NCBI RefSeq assembly: GCF_009914755.1
Contig: NC_060947.1
Direction: 5' to 3' (one strand)
Length of the DNA stretch: 64,000 bases
Source of the DNA: the human T2T-CHM13v2.0 reference genome, Homo sapiens
Made by a program: the position numbers and the translations under genes. Below are positions 40,190-54,100 of the stretch, piece after piece; the stretch's first letter is position 1; every line of letters begins with the position of its first letter. Under the pieces are notes generated by a model. That model saw only the letters and a program-made list of their open reading frames with translations, was not told where the DNA came from and made no database searches.

Positions 40190-41242
40190 GTATAGTTGTA
40201 TTTATTTTTGCTTCTGGGGGTGTCAAGGAGGTATTTGAAATTTAGGCTGGTTTTATAAAAGAGCAAATTATACATTATTAAGTATTCATAAGGTTTAAAT
40301 CTCTAAAGCTCCAATCCAAAATTGTTCATGGATCATTAAGAAAGCTTTAGAGAATTTTGGTCCCAGTCCTGTTTAGCCATCATTTTGCAGAGTTGTATGA
40401 CTTTGGGAGAAAGATAAAAAAGTTGAAGAATTATGTCAAACTTTTAGTGACTATGTGAAATCTTAGAAAGCATATCAAAAGTAGGTAAAATAATTAAATG
40501 AACAATTATGTACCAAATGATACCAATATGAGTATTGGTATCGTGGGAGATTAAAAAACATGATGCTTATTTTCTAAGAGACTAAAATATACTTGGGAAG
40601 TTATAACTTGAAATTAAACAGTTATGAGTGGAAGAAACTAGGCTTTGTCAACAGGTGAATCTGGGTTCCAGGTCTGGTCTCCCCTCCTCTCTGATAGGTC
40701 TATGATCTTGGGCAGGTTACTTGACTTTTCTGTGAGCCAGTTTCTTCATTTGTAAACGGAGCCTAAGAATCCTCCCTTATGCACAAGGCTCATTTTGAAA
40801 AGTAAATAAGATAACACACATAAAGAAGCTGTTTGCCACAAGGCCTGGCACACAGTGAGCCCTCAAAAAAGTGAACTCCTGAAAATTGCCACAACTCCTA
40901 TTAATAACTCAATCTGTGCATTTAAAATTTTCTGAAGTCTAGACTTCAAGAAGTTAAAATAGCTCTCACGTTTACTGATTTATCAGTAAGTTGGAAAGTA
41001 TAAATTACAGACCACAAATGTTTTGAACCACTGAGATGAATTAGGCCAAGTTTTCAAACACACTTTTGCTGTATTATGTAAGGATCATTAAAACTATAAT
41101 ACTAACTAAAGATAAAGTTATACCATTTCTAATTGAAACTATTTATACCTGTTTATTTAAAAAATTCTCTGTATCACTGCAGAGATGATTGAATAAGAAA
41201 TTAAACTTTATTATGAAGAAAGTTATGTGTAAAATATACTGA

Positions 41243-41245
<3 letters not shown>

Positions 41246-41289
<44 letters not shown>
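41246..41289 (+). repeat. (CA)n microsatellite, ~22 units
   Basis: Seen directly. Confidence 0.95.
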
Positions 41290-41295
<6 letters not shown>

Positions 41296-42519
41296 ATATT
41301 ATTTCGCCAGAAATAGCTCTTCTCCCCAGAGAAATACCCTTCAGCTGCTGAAGAATATTATGTAAGGAAAGGATCTTAAATGCTTAGGGTTTAACAACTT
41401 TGTTTTTCAACTTGTTTTCCTGCATTTTGAGTATAACATCATATGAGATTGTTACATGCTTGTGATCATGTTAAAGAAGAGAGGGCTTATTGAACACAAA
41501 TGCCCCCTCATCCTGTTGTCTGATCTGACGTTGTTTATGTAATAATATTGTAATTTTCTGCACCAAGAGAGCAGAAGATTGGCATGACATCCGCAAATAG
41601 AAAATAGTTTAAAAAATTCTTTAATTTTTGAAATGCATATTGCATTTTTTTCTATCTACTAAATTTACCTTCTTAGCAGTGCTTTTCTAAGGTGAAAATT
41701 AAACTAGTGTATATTCTCAGAGCTCATACCACCTGACTGGAAAAAATTTCTCTAGAGCATATTGAAGACCAGCTGTGATCTAATACATGTTTCCATGGAT
41801 AACTAAGAGGTGACAGTATGGGAGATTTGCAAATTTGAAGAATAGCTGAGTTCAGTGACAGGATGAGAGTTGTCAGTGGTACAATTCTTGTGATAAATGT
41901 ATTTTCGAAACTGGGTAAATGATAGATATTAATACTGATTTTTGGAACAATGTTTTAGTTTGCCATGCTGCAGGAAAAATCAAGGCAGTAGCATGCCACC
42001 ATCTGTGCATATATTATGCTAGAAATCTAGGTAAGTGAGATTTGTTTTAAAGAGTGTAATGAAATCAAACCCTGGCCCCACTGAATTATGAAAGACAGAT
42101 ATCATGTGTTTTTCTAGTTTTAGAGAGACTTTTAGGTTAAATCTTTGCCTAGTGTATTATCTTATATGACTCAGACTAAAAGTTTGTTACATTGTTAATT
42201 TAGATAATTCCACAATCTACTTTCATTTATTAATATGTGATTTGTTGGCAATACATTATTAAAAATGTACTGACATCACCCTGTTGACATCAGTGTCTTC
42301 AGGCTTTACTGGGTATATGATCAGGAGATCAGCAGATGTTAAATAATTGTCCTTATTAATCTAAGTAAAACACTGTAAAATAGGCCAGTCATTTGCTTAT
42401 GAAACATCAGATCCCCAATTCAAATAGCTTCCATACTTCCAGTGCTATTATTCATTTCTGTTAGCATGGATAATCAAGTGTTAGCTACATATCAGTACCC
42501 ATAAAAATGTTGCTTCTCT

Positions 42520-42808
42520 GTTTTGTTTTGTTTTGAGACAGAGTCTCACTCTGTCGCTCAGGCTGGAGTGGTGGAATGGCCCGATCTCGGCTCACTGTAA
42601 CCTCTGCCTCCCAGGTTCAAGTGAGTCCTGTGCCTCAGCTTCCCAAGTAGCCGGGATTGCCACCACACCTGGCTAATTTTCATATTTTTAGTAAAGCCAG
42701 GCTTTCACCATGTTGCCCAGGCTGGTCTTGAACTCCTGACTTCAGGTGGTCCGCCGGTCTCAGCCTCCCAAAATGCTGGGATTACAGGTGTGAGCCACTG
42801 TGCCCGGC
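42520..42808 (-). mobile_element. Alu
   Basis: (TTTTG)n tail, both arms. Confidence 0.9.
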
Positions 42809-44544
42809 TATGCTTCTGTTGATAAATGACTTTACAAGCCACAAGAAGCTAAAAAGATGTGTGGTTTGAAATCTTTCCACACTTTAGGTGTGTATAGTTT
42901 TTCTTCTGTTTGATGACCCTAGCTTCGCTAGATCCTGTTTGGCCCAGTTCTAATCTGAAAGGCAAGAGACTGGGTCCTGGGATTCTGAGCCAGTTCTGCC
43001 TCTGGTTGTCTGTGTGACTTTGGGCAAGCTGATTAATTTCTTTGCATTCATATTTTCTTATCTGTCAAATGGGAATAACTGAATCAGCCAATAACTGCCA
43101 TTTTGTGAGGAAATAGTGAAGGCAAGAGATAGGAATGTGCTTTGAAAATGAAAAAGTGCACTGAGGAAAGTATAAGGAGGCAATTTGTGCCTATGACCTG
43201 CATTTGCAATTTGGAGACTCTATCTTGGAACCAACGAACTGTTTGGACTTCTGCAAGAATGGCCATGTTATTTTGGATGAGTTCTCAATCGAGCTTTAGG
43301 AAGGTGGAGGGTAGGTGAGAGAGTGGGGTGGAGCTGGGTGAGAGAGTGTTCTACATCTACTGTGAACATATGGGGGAACACTAATATAGAGCTAAAAAGA
43401 ATTTTTGTCATGTTTTCAATGAAAAATTACCCCAACATAAGGAAATGACTGAGAGTTACTATGGATAGTGTAGTATGCTATCTTCAGCATACCACTATCT
43501 AGCTGACAGAAGTCTTCATGCTCGCCTTCATGTTTTCTCATTAAATGCTAAAAAAACAAACAGCTCCCACCTCAAAAATCTACCAGATGGAATAGCTGAA
43601 AAACAACTTAAAAAAAAAACTAGTCATTGTTCAATTGCTCATAGCAATACTATTTTATTTTACGTAAAATGACAGGTTTGAGCTGATGCCTGAAGCTTGG
43701 CTCATAAGCTTTTGCAGGAAATTGTTGTTGATTTCAGGCAGTGTCTTTGCAAGACAACTGATGTCAGGAAAGGAACACATTTTAATAGTCACCTGCAAAT
43801 AACTGTCTCTTTAAAAACACACAAATAAATAAATAAAGGTGACCTTATATAGTCTTTCATTTTCATGTCATAGAGAAAACCTTGTTACAGTGACGTGCTG
43901 ATGGAGAGAACAATTTTGGGAGTATAGGGAAGTTTCCCAAGGAGGAAAAAATTTAATGTGAAGAATGGCGCAGGAAATATTGTGAGGTGAAAGAGTATGA
44001 GGACTGAACTAGCCGTGCACTGTGTGCATCATAACAGCCAATTTTTAATTTCCTGTGTAGCATTTTATATTGTGGGATGATGGCAGGGAGGATGGGTTGT
44101 TGGTTTTTCTTTTGTTGTTGTTCCTCAGGCTTTTTATTAATGACCTGTAGGATCTGTTTTTTTGTTTTTGTTTTTGTTTTTTCCTGTTTAACTGCATCCC
44201 CTCTGTTGGTGAATTCATTGTGGGTAATGGCCTGTATACCCTTAGAGGTTTGAGATGTCTGATGGGGAGCAGGCAGGAAGGGCAGGGCAATGAGCAAGAG
44301 CTTGTACAAACTAATACCACCTTTGGGAGAACTGAAATGACAGCTCATTAGCTCCTCTTGCAGGGAAATTCAGCCAACCAAAGTAAGCTCTTCTGGAATG
44401 TTGTTTTTCCTTCTTCCTTATGTTTTCAAATATTTCAACAAGTTACACAAATGTTACTTCTCTTAGCATCCCTAGCACATTTTGTAGGTCTTTTTGTATC
44501 ATTATGAGATAGGTAAATAATTTGCTTGGCCTTTTATTTTCCAG

Positions 44545-44689
44545 ACAGCACCTGGGGTACATAAAAGATATTTCCGGAAAATAAAAAATCTCATTTCAGC
44601 ATTTCAGAAGCCAGATCAAGGCATTGTAATACCTCTGCAGTATCCAGTTGAGAAGAAGTCCTCAGCTAGAAGTACACAAGGTACTACAG
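44545..44689 (+). CDS. SH2D1A: SH2D1A coding exon 3, 145 nt
   Basis: TTTTCCAG acceptor; [48 protein letters not shown]; donor GTATGA at 44690; Arg78 CGG at 44575. Confidence 0.98.
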
Positions 44690-45719
44690 GTATGATTTCC
44701 TCTTAATTTTTGACAGGGTTTGGAAGCTCAGAGTTATGAGTCAACCTGTTCATAACCATATAATCAATTAGAAGTTATGTAAGAAAAATGCAGTGAGAAA
44801 GTAGATGTAGCCAGCAAGTCAAATGAGAGGTGACAATTTATGTGCTATAATTTTCATCTATTATTCTAATAACTTTTAATAAATCTCTGTAAAAACATCA
44901 AAAATTCTATAAGCCCATAACATTTTAACTGCTCTTGTCTGTCTCATCTTGTTCTTTCCTGTCCCTTTAATAGGTAGCTAAGTATGATTTCACTTCACTA
45001 ATTCAGACACAAATAATGTGAAAGATGGTATAATTCAGAGAACACCTGGGCTGTCCTTTATCTTTGCTTAGTAAACTGTTTTTTCCTTCAGGGACATGAA
45101 AGCTAACGTTAGCCTGGCACACATGATTCTGATTTCTGAATTGGTGGTGCTTGAATTAATGACATTTTTCTGAAGCAAAGGAAATTAAATAGTGCACTTT
45201 ATTGTTCCACTGGCACATATTGTTACATATCCTGAGCAAACCTATTTTAGTGTATGTGTCGTGCTAAAGACTGAATACCAGCCAATGTCTGTAGCTATCT
45301 GATACGTGACTGTTTACTCCTCTATTGAATGGGGTTTATCATTTGTTTGGAGTAAGAGGATAGGCCTTGATTGAAACAATAAATATTTATGATAAAAGAA
45401 AACGAGTCCCTTTTTGACAGGGACCTAGGCTCAGGCATAAACTGACAATTAGACTCAAGTGGTGAATTAAATTAATGAATAGTTAGCCTTTATAATACAA
45501 ATGCAAATAGAGCTCTAATTTCCAAGTTGGCTAGTTGTTTTTTTCTGCCTAATATTCCATTCTTTATAACTCAGTTTTAAATAATAGTTGCTTGAGGTAT
45601 ATTACTGTGTTGTGTCATTGTGAGTTTTATGCAGTTGGAAATTTTATAAGTTTGAGTTAATCTGTAATTTTAATAGTTTGTAAGTTTATTTTTTCTTGAT
45701 TTTTGTTATTTTTCTTTAG

Positions 45720-45760
45720 GGATAAGAGAAGATCCTGATGTCTGCCTGAAAGCCCCATGA
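45720..45760 (+). CDS. SH2D1A: SH2D1A coding exon 4, 41 nt to stop
   Basis: Polypyrimidine tract and TTTAG; (G)IREDPDVCLKAP*; exons total 137+64+145+41 = 387 nt = 128 aa + stop. Confidence 0.97.
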
Positions 45761-47525
45761 AGAAAAATAAAACACCTTGTACTTTATTTTCTATAATTTA
45801 AATATATGCTAAGTCTTATATATTGTAGATAATACAGTTCGGTGAGCTACAAATGCATTTCTAAAGCCATTGTAGTCCTGTAATGGAAGCATCTAGCATG
45901 TCGTCAAAGCTGAAATGGACTTTTGTACATAGTGAGGAGCTTTGAAACGAGGATTGGGAAAAAGTAATTCCGTAGGTTATTTTCAGTTATTATATTTACA
46001 AATGGGAAACAAAAGGATAATGAATACTTTATAAAGGATTAATGTCAATTCTTGCCAAATATAAATAAAAATAATCCTCAGTTTTTGTGAAAAGCTCCAT
46101 TTTTAGTGAAATATTATTTTATAGCTACTAATTTTAAAATGTCTTGCTTGATTGTATGGTGGGAAGTTGGCTGGTGTCCCTTGTCTTTGCCAAGTTCTCC
46201 ACTAGCTATGGTGTCATAGGCTCTTTTGGGATTTTTGAAGCTGTATACTGTGTGCTAAAACAAGCACTAAACAAAGAGTGAAGGATTTATGTTTAATTCT
46301 GAAAGCAACCTTCTTGCCTAGTGTTCTGATATTGGACAGTAAAATCCACAGACCAACCTGGAGTTGAAAATCTTATAATTTAAAATATGCTCTAAACATG
46401 TTTATCGTATTTGATGCTACAGGATTTGAAATTGTATTACAAATCCAATGAAATGAGTTTTTCTTTTCATTTACCTCTGCCCCAGTTGTTTCTACTACAT
46501 GGAAGACCTCATTTTGAAGGGAAATTTCAGCAGCTGCAGCTCATGAGTAACTGATTTGTAACAAGCCTCCTTTTAAAGTAACCCTACAAAACCACTGGAA
46601 AGTTTATGGTTGTATTATTTTTAAAAAAAATTCCAAGTGATTGAAACCTACACGAGATACAGAATTTTATGCGGCATTTTCTTCTCACATTTATATTTTT
46701 GTGATTTTGTGATTGATTATATGTCACTTTGCTACAGGGCTCACAGAATTCATTCACTCAACAAACATAATAGGGCGCTGAGGGCATAGAAGTAAAAACA
46801 CCTGGTCCCTGCTCTCAGTTCACTGTCTTGTTGGACGAGAAAACAATAACGATAAAAGACAGTGAAAGAAAATAACGATAAAAGACAGTGAAAGAAAATA
46901 ACAATAAAAGACAAGGAAAAAATAACAATGAAAGTTGATAAGTACATGATAAGCGAGGTTCCCCGTGTGTAGGTAGATCTGGTCTTTAGAGGCAGATAGA
47001 TAGGTCAGTGCAAATACTCTGGTCCATGGGCCATATGAAAAGGCTAAGCTTCACTGTAAAATAATAACTGGGAATTCTGGATTGTGTATGGGTGTTGGTG
47101 AACTTGGTTTTAATTAGTGAACTGCTGAGAGACAGAGCTATTCTCCATGTACTGGCAAGACCTGATTTCTGAGCATTTAATATGGATGCCGTGGGAGTAC
47201 AAAAGTGGAGTGTGGCCTGAGTAATGCATTATGGGTGGTTTACCATTTCTTGAGGTAAAAGCATCACATGAACTTGTAAAGGAATTTAAAAATCCTACTT
47301 TCATAATAAGTTGCATAGGTTTAATAATTTTTAATTATATGGCTTGAGTTTAAATTGTAATAGGCGTAACTAATTTTAACTCTATAATGTGTTCATTCTG
47401 GAATAATCCTAAACATATGAATTATGTTTGCATGTTCACTTCCAAGAGCCTTTTTTTGAAAAAAAGCTTTTTTTGAATCATCAAGTCTTTCACATTTAAA
47501 TAAAGTGTTTGAAAGCTTTATTTAC
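45761..47525 (+). other. SH2D1A: SH2D1A 3' UTR; AATAAA at 45766, 46064 and 47499
   Basis: AU-rich sequence after the stop; hexamers read directly; end approximate. Confidence 0.75.
46845..46934 (+). repeat. 26-bp tandem repeat x ~3.5 in the SH2D1A 3' UTR
   Basis: AATAACGATAAAAGACAGTGAAAGAA at 46845 and 46871; degenerate copies at 46897 and 46921. Confidence 0.9.
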
Positions 47526-48804
47526 CTAATTTGTCTTGAAATATTCCTTATAATTCCTTATAAAATATTCAGAGACTGATGCTATTAATAAACCAAATAA
47601 AGGATTGATGATTATCTTATCGGAGTGATTCCCTGGAAAAGGTAAGTGCTTTTCTGATTTTATTGCTGTCCAAGTTCCCGGTTGATGAGCCTACTTCCTG
47701 TCTTCTTTGGCTGGCCTTTTATTCATCAAGTTTTTTTTTTTTTTTTTCACCTTTTCTTTCCCAACATGAGCATCCTTGCTATTTTCCAGTACGTAATCAC
47801 TTGCACCTTTACAGAAAGGTCATATCCTTGCTGTATCTAAAATATTGCCATGCTAACATATTGTAAGATGCTGAGTCAAGGTAGAAAAATGCACAATATA
47901 TTTCCAAGTGTGCAGCTCTCTTCAGAAAAAAAAAAAGTGTGTCAGCAAGCCCAAAAGGAACATGACAGCTTATCAAATACTTATTCATTTCCTCTGAAAT
48001 TTGTTCTTAAGAGATAAGGTCAGTAGGGAGACAAGCTTAGGTAATTGTCTGTTTGGCTGTTACAGGCAGGGAACCTTTGTGGTAGTGCACAGGTAGAATA
48101 AGTCTATAGAGAATGCCTCTGATTAAGTCCTCTGCTATAAATAAAGGGCTGGATTTAAGATATTCTTTCGGGTAGAATGGACACAGAATTAAAAATGTGA
48201 GAAACAGCTTTAAACTCTGTTAATAATGTTTCAACATCAGCTTATGTTTTATTTGATTCACTTCGTTAAGCTTAGAATCCAAAGTCTACTACTAGTAAAA
48301 CCCAGATTTGCCCTTGAGCATTTCAAGGTTATAGGATGCCTGGTCTTCCTGTTAGGATGCTATACATTCAACTTTGACACCTATGTTTTCTCTTGCAGTA
48401 AATGGGATACCATTATTTTGTAGTTTGCAACTAGGGGGGAAGTTAAACTACCCAGTTTGGACATTTTCCTAATTTGGGGTGATTGGCCAAACTTGTAGTA
48501 AAAGGCTGAATTCTTATCATTAGGTCATTTAGTTCTTAAATGAAGATTTTTTTTTTAATGTAGCAAGATATAATAAGGCTGACTAACTGGATAGAGTCCA
48601 TTAACATATATGGAATTGAGATATATATATACATCTTGGTTGCACACATACACGCAGAAATAGAACTGTTTTCTCACAAGATGACAAAAGGCTATACTAC
48701 GTATCACATTCAGTATTGGACAGAGAGAGTAAAAGCAGGAATGCATAAGAACTGATTTTTTTTTCTTTTTCTTTTTTTAGTCACCTGGTGGGCCATTTAA
48801 ACAT

Positions 48805-49061
48805 TTTATTTATTTATTTTTTAATTTTTATTTTACTTTAAGTTCTGGGATGCATGCGCTGAATGTGCAGATTTGTTACATAGGTTACATGTGCCATGGT
48901 GGTTTGCTGCACCATCAACCCGTCATCTAAGTTTTAAGCTCTGCACGCATTAGGTATTTGTCCCAATGCTCTCCCTCCCCTTGCCGCCCACCGCCTGACA
49001 GGCCCCAGTGTGTGATGTTCCCCTCCCTGTGTCTATGTGTTCTCATTGTTCAACTCCCACT
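48805..49061 (-). mobile_element. L1PA 3' end fragment
   Basis: TTTTACTTTAAGTTCTGGGA...TTTGTTACATAGG...GTGTGATGTTCCCCTCCCTGTGTC...CAACTCCCAC. Confidence 0.9.
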
Positions 49062-49507
49062 GTTTTTCATCTTTGTCACTGATTATCCACGTGACCTTAG
49101 GTAAGTCAGTCTGTTACTGTTACTGCATTTGCCAAGTAGGAATAATTAAGTCGTACTAACCTCACAAGATTATTAAGGTACAATAATTTACATATATGTG
49201 TGTGCGTAATTACATATATGTATAACTTTAAGGTAGTAATATTACTGAATGTTTAAATAACATTGACTGATAGTCACAGATCTCTAAAAGGGAGGGTGAA
49301 TAGGGAAGGAATATACAAACGTCTCCTATTATAATTCTCTCTCTATAGGAGCTCCTGCCCTTTTAAAAAATACCCTGAGTGTGAGGTGGGATGCATATTT
49401 TGAAAAAAATTTCCAGATGATTGATACTAACAACCCCCTACCCCCATTGTTTTTTACTGATGGGTTGTGTTGAGATGATCAAGGTTGTCTTCTGCTCCAT
49501 GAGTCTT

Positions 49508-49511
<4 letters not shown>

Positions 49512-49592
<81 letters not shown>

Positions 49593-49618
49593 GACACACA
49601 CACACACACACACACACA
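49512..49618 (+). repeat. Compound microsatellite (CT)n(TA)n(CA)n
   Basis: Seen directly. Confidence 0.95.
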
Positions 49619-50269
49619 TAAAAAAGCAGCAGGGCATTTTGAAGTGGTGTAAATTGCAGGATTCCAAGTTTCAGTAATGGGTTGTTTGGACTACATGTGC
49701 TCCGCGAGTATCAAGATGAATTTTTGAAGATCTGTTGGCCAGATTTCCCAGCGTCACTTGTAAATGTCTTCTTGTGAAAAACAAGTGCCAAATGGCAATT
49801 GTAATTGCATAGGATTTTTTTAGTGTTTCATGATTGCCTCCCCTCCCTGACACCCTTCCCCACTGGCTGCTGCCCCAACATCCATTATTTTTTGCCAGTG
49901 CATTTGGACACCCTGAACTCCTATATATCTCTCCCACCCCGTTTTTATAATTTTTTATTTTCTTTCTATTGCTGAGAAAGGCACCAAAAGGAGAGGGAAG
50001 CCTTTTTAAAGGAAGTCACAGCCTAGAGGCATTTAAATTTGCAGCAGCTACTCTTCTTTGTTTATTAAATGGTCACTTGTGTCAGAGATCCTATTTGTAT
50101 GAAAAATAAAAATGAAGAGCTGTCTGCCTAGGATTAGTGACTTTTTGATTTCTGTACCTGCATTTTCAAGATGGTGTGGTTTTATTGTTCCCTGTTAGTG
50201 AGCCACTTGTCCTATCTAAGGTGACCAGACTGATTTGAGAATGCAGTTTGGCGCATAAATAAAATGGGA

Positions 50270-51146
50270 CACATTTTTCATTGGCAATTTTATTTTTTAA
50301 AAATGAAATATTCAAAGTACTTTTCTTTCAAATATCAACACATAATGTTTAACTTTAAATATTTACAGCATGTTGTTGTGATGCTCTTGTAGAAAAATGC
50401 ATGCTTCTGGCCTGAAAGCCAGAGCAAAATGCAAAAGACCATTTAACTGCAGCCAGAGAACATGAACCTGTACAGTATCCAGTCACTTTTCAGCACAGGA
50501 GAGCAGGAATACAAAATTGGAACCTATTGTTTCCTAGCAACATGGCTCAGACCATTATAACACAATTTTCAATATGATTAGAACCTCTACCTGTTGTTAT
50601 ACAGAAACTGAAAACTTGGCATACACTGTAAACATCTTTACTTTTCATGAGAAAGTAAGCAGCTAAAAAGAATGTTTTTCTGACATAAAGGCTATACTTC
50701 TCTTTTTCGCCTTCTTTCTTACTGATGCTTTTGCCAGAAGAATAGTAAAGATTTAGACGTTGTCATGATTCATACAAGTAAAATATTTTTCAAGGACACA
50801 ATCTGATATACTAACATTTATTTAAGAGGTTAAAGTCCACCACTAAATCTAAGGAAAGATTTTTAACTGCCAAACACATTTCCTTTGACAAATAATGTAA
50901 GATGACAACTGCCAAGACAAAATCCACAGCAAGTTTAACTCTAAGTATTTTCAGTTACTGTTTAGAAAGTAATTTCTTCTTATGAACAGTAGTATATTTG
51001 GTCCTTAATAGCTTTCACATGAAGGACACACTGAAAATAATAGTCACTATTTATGGTTGAATTCTTTTTTGTTGTTTGTTTTCTGTATTTTTAAATTTTA
51101 CTTTGCTTTTTTTTGTTTTTTTGTTTTTTGCGCTTTTTTTGTTTTT

Positions 51147-51178
<32 letters not shown>

Positions 51179-54100
51179 GCAGAAGAAAGAACCTTTATAG
51201 AAGGCTGTGGAAGAGCTGAAGTACTAGTCAGGTCAGCTATGTGTATGTGAATTTCTTCAAGAAAACAGGAATGTTCCATTCCATCTGTAGCCTTATGTCT
51301 TTCCACAAGCTATATATAATATGCTCCAATGTCTCCAAAATTTTCTTTTCAATACTTCGTTACTGTACTTTTGCTTCTATTACCAATGAACTCCATTACA
51401 ATCACCCTTACATGAACACATCTTCATAAATGCAAAAACTTTGCCCTGACTCTCTTAAGTGATATTATAGTGGGGCCTGGTCTAGTTAAAAATATATTTT
51501 TAAAGAAAAAAAAAAGAAAAAGAGTCAAAATAACATGATGGAATGCTTGAAACTGTGTCAACAGTGATGAAAATGTCTCATGAAAATTATAACTTAATTT
51601 CATACCTGTCTACATAGGTAGCATGTGAATTCCAAATTATACATTGTCAAGTTTTCATACATTTGGCTATGTTGTATATATTATATATATGTAGTCTATA
51701 TATTATAGATCTTCTAGATAAATTGACAGTAAAGGACACACTTATTTTATACATTTTTTGGGTTAAAAATAAATCATATACTTATTTATATGGTAAAAGT
51801 GTTTTGTTGCAAGTTAGTATGAATTGAGATTTATTTCCCTTTCCTTCAGGAGTCATGCTTCTAATCAATAACGATTAGAATGACAACTAAAAGTAAACAT
51901 ATTTAAATGTGTTAAACTTTGAACTTTTCAGTTCATTTGGATCTCTAGACTGTAGTGCAAGAGTGAAAACAAAACAAAACAGAAAAGCACAAACAAAATG
52001 GGCTTAAGTAGGAAAAAGAAACAACCATGGAGTATTCCCTGCCTCCAGCCCAGAATGTTCTTCATAGGAGAGTCCAACTACTATGCTCTCACTTTAACTT
52101 ACTCGAATGGTGTGTGGCTGTGCAGTGTCAGCCATCTGTCTGCTGGGTATGAGAAATTCATATGTTTCTCTGAAAAATGCTTTTACTTTCATCAGGAAAT
52201 GCAAACGAATTGTTCTTTCAATAATTTAAACTGCAGAACTGCAAGTCAATGAAGGCATTCTTTCTATTCAGCTGAATAGGAAGTGATATACTCAATATCT
52301 CCATCTTCTTCTTAAGAAATGCCAAAATGTTTCTCTTCGATTTACTACTGATTAGTAGTTTTGTTTTTTTTTTCTTTCCTCCCTCAAGCTTTAGGAGTTG
52401 TAAAAAGAATAATAATAGTTCAAGGCAGTATTAAAACCACAGCTGTAAGTAATAAAAAGTGCATTTCCTGAATATAATACAAATGTAACTTTAACAAACT
52501 AAAGGCACGAACCAACCAAATACGTATTACAAACTAGAAATGCACAGTTCAAGGTAATCACTATTAAGTAAAAGCTTCAAATATTTGTTTCTAATGGATA
52601 TTTAAAGCAGTTTGAAAATGATACATCATCAATGAATTGCAAAAACGTATAATTGCTTAAAATATAAGCAAAATAGACTCTAATATTGACATTTTGGATT
52701 TGTGATAAAATACATAATCACATTTATGAATGCACTCTCTATATACAGTTCACAAATTATTTTTCCATTAATTTAAAAGAACATCAGAGGTTCTAGGAAC
52801 TTAAGGTCCATTTTTAGGTTGGTGTGGAGGTATTCAAATTTTCAACAAGTTTGTTAGTAATTTTAGAATTCCATTCTGAATAAATACTGTACCATTAATA
52901 CAGGCCTGATTCAGAAAAAACCCAATAATATGATTTTAGTATGGATTAGCAATATATCAAGCTGGTGTGTTTCCAGTTATAAAGAGAGATGAGTTCCTCA
53001 TGAATTCTGTCTCTCAGAATACATGTGTAAGTGGTATTCTAACCCGAAGGTTTTGAAAATGAAATGTTTGAATACACCCTTCCCTACTGTTTGCCAGGGT
53101 CATTTCCTTTCCCTTGCTTTCCTTTGTGTAGTAGGAGGCAGACTCTTGAAAAACCTTAACATGAGCTTATGACTTTGCATATTTTCAAAGAAACTGTCAT
53201 CGCAAAGCAAGGCAATGACCCCACACTGCATTTAGGTAGCATCTGGAAAGAATCCAAACTAACATTCCATCATAAATTTGCCTTCAGACATAGCAAATGT
53301 TCAGATTCGGTGATGAAAGTGCAGAAGCTGGCTCAGGGGAATTTTCTACGGGCCACATTGTGCTGTCATGTATTTTCATTTGTGGTAACTTACAATTACA
53401 CAGCATTTTACAAACTATCTCTTTGTCACTGGGCACAAATCTTCCAGCTCACCAAGGGGCTTGTTTTACTGCAGGATTCCTAGAGATTGAGAAACTGCAG
53501 CTGATATTAACACTAATCCTGACCTTTCTCCAAATTTTAAATGATCGCAGAACAAATAACCCGTCCTGGAAAATAGTTATTTTCCTAGGCAGTAGAGACG
53601 ATTAAATAAAGATAAATGGGTAAGGACGGAGAACGAAAATAACTAACTGTATAAATTATTTTAGTAAAAATGAGTCTGCCTCTCTATAGTTAGTTGAAAT
53701 GTTTTCGGTTGGAAAGGATTTACTTGATTCGATTTCCTGAAGATGGCTGGGAGATGTTCAATACAGAATTGTACATTTGAAAGATAAATCTAAGTGGGCT
53801 GAAACAATGTGGCAGCAACTGCTGTGATGTTTGGTCTGGTCTTCCCTTTAGTACTTTCACTTAAGTACCAGGTCTATTTTTTTAAGGTTTTGGCTCTTAT
53901 GAATTTCTGCAGTAGTAGTTAATGTATGTATCGGCATCCCAGACACGTATGCCTGCTAAAGCCTTTGTTTGTTTTTGTACCAGAATCATACTTTTAAGTA
54001 AATTACCGTTCATGTGCACAAAACCATTGGGTCAGTGTATAGATACTGAATCACTAATGTGAAACTATGACCAAAACACATCCTATATATAAATGAGAAA

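Noticed and set aside
44541-44548. Tandem acceptor CAG-ACAG at SH2D1A exon 3
   Set aside because: A 4-nt shift would break the frame; no evidence of use.
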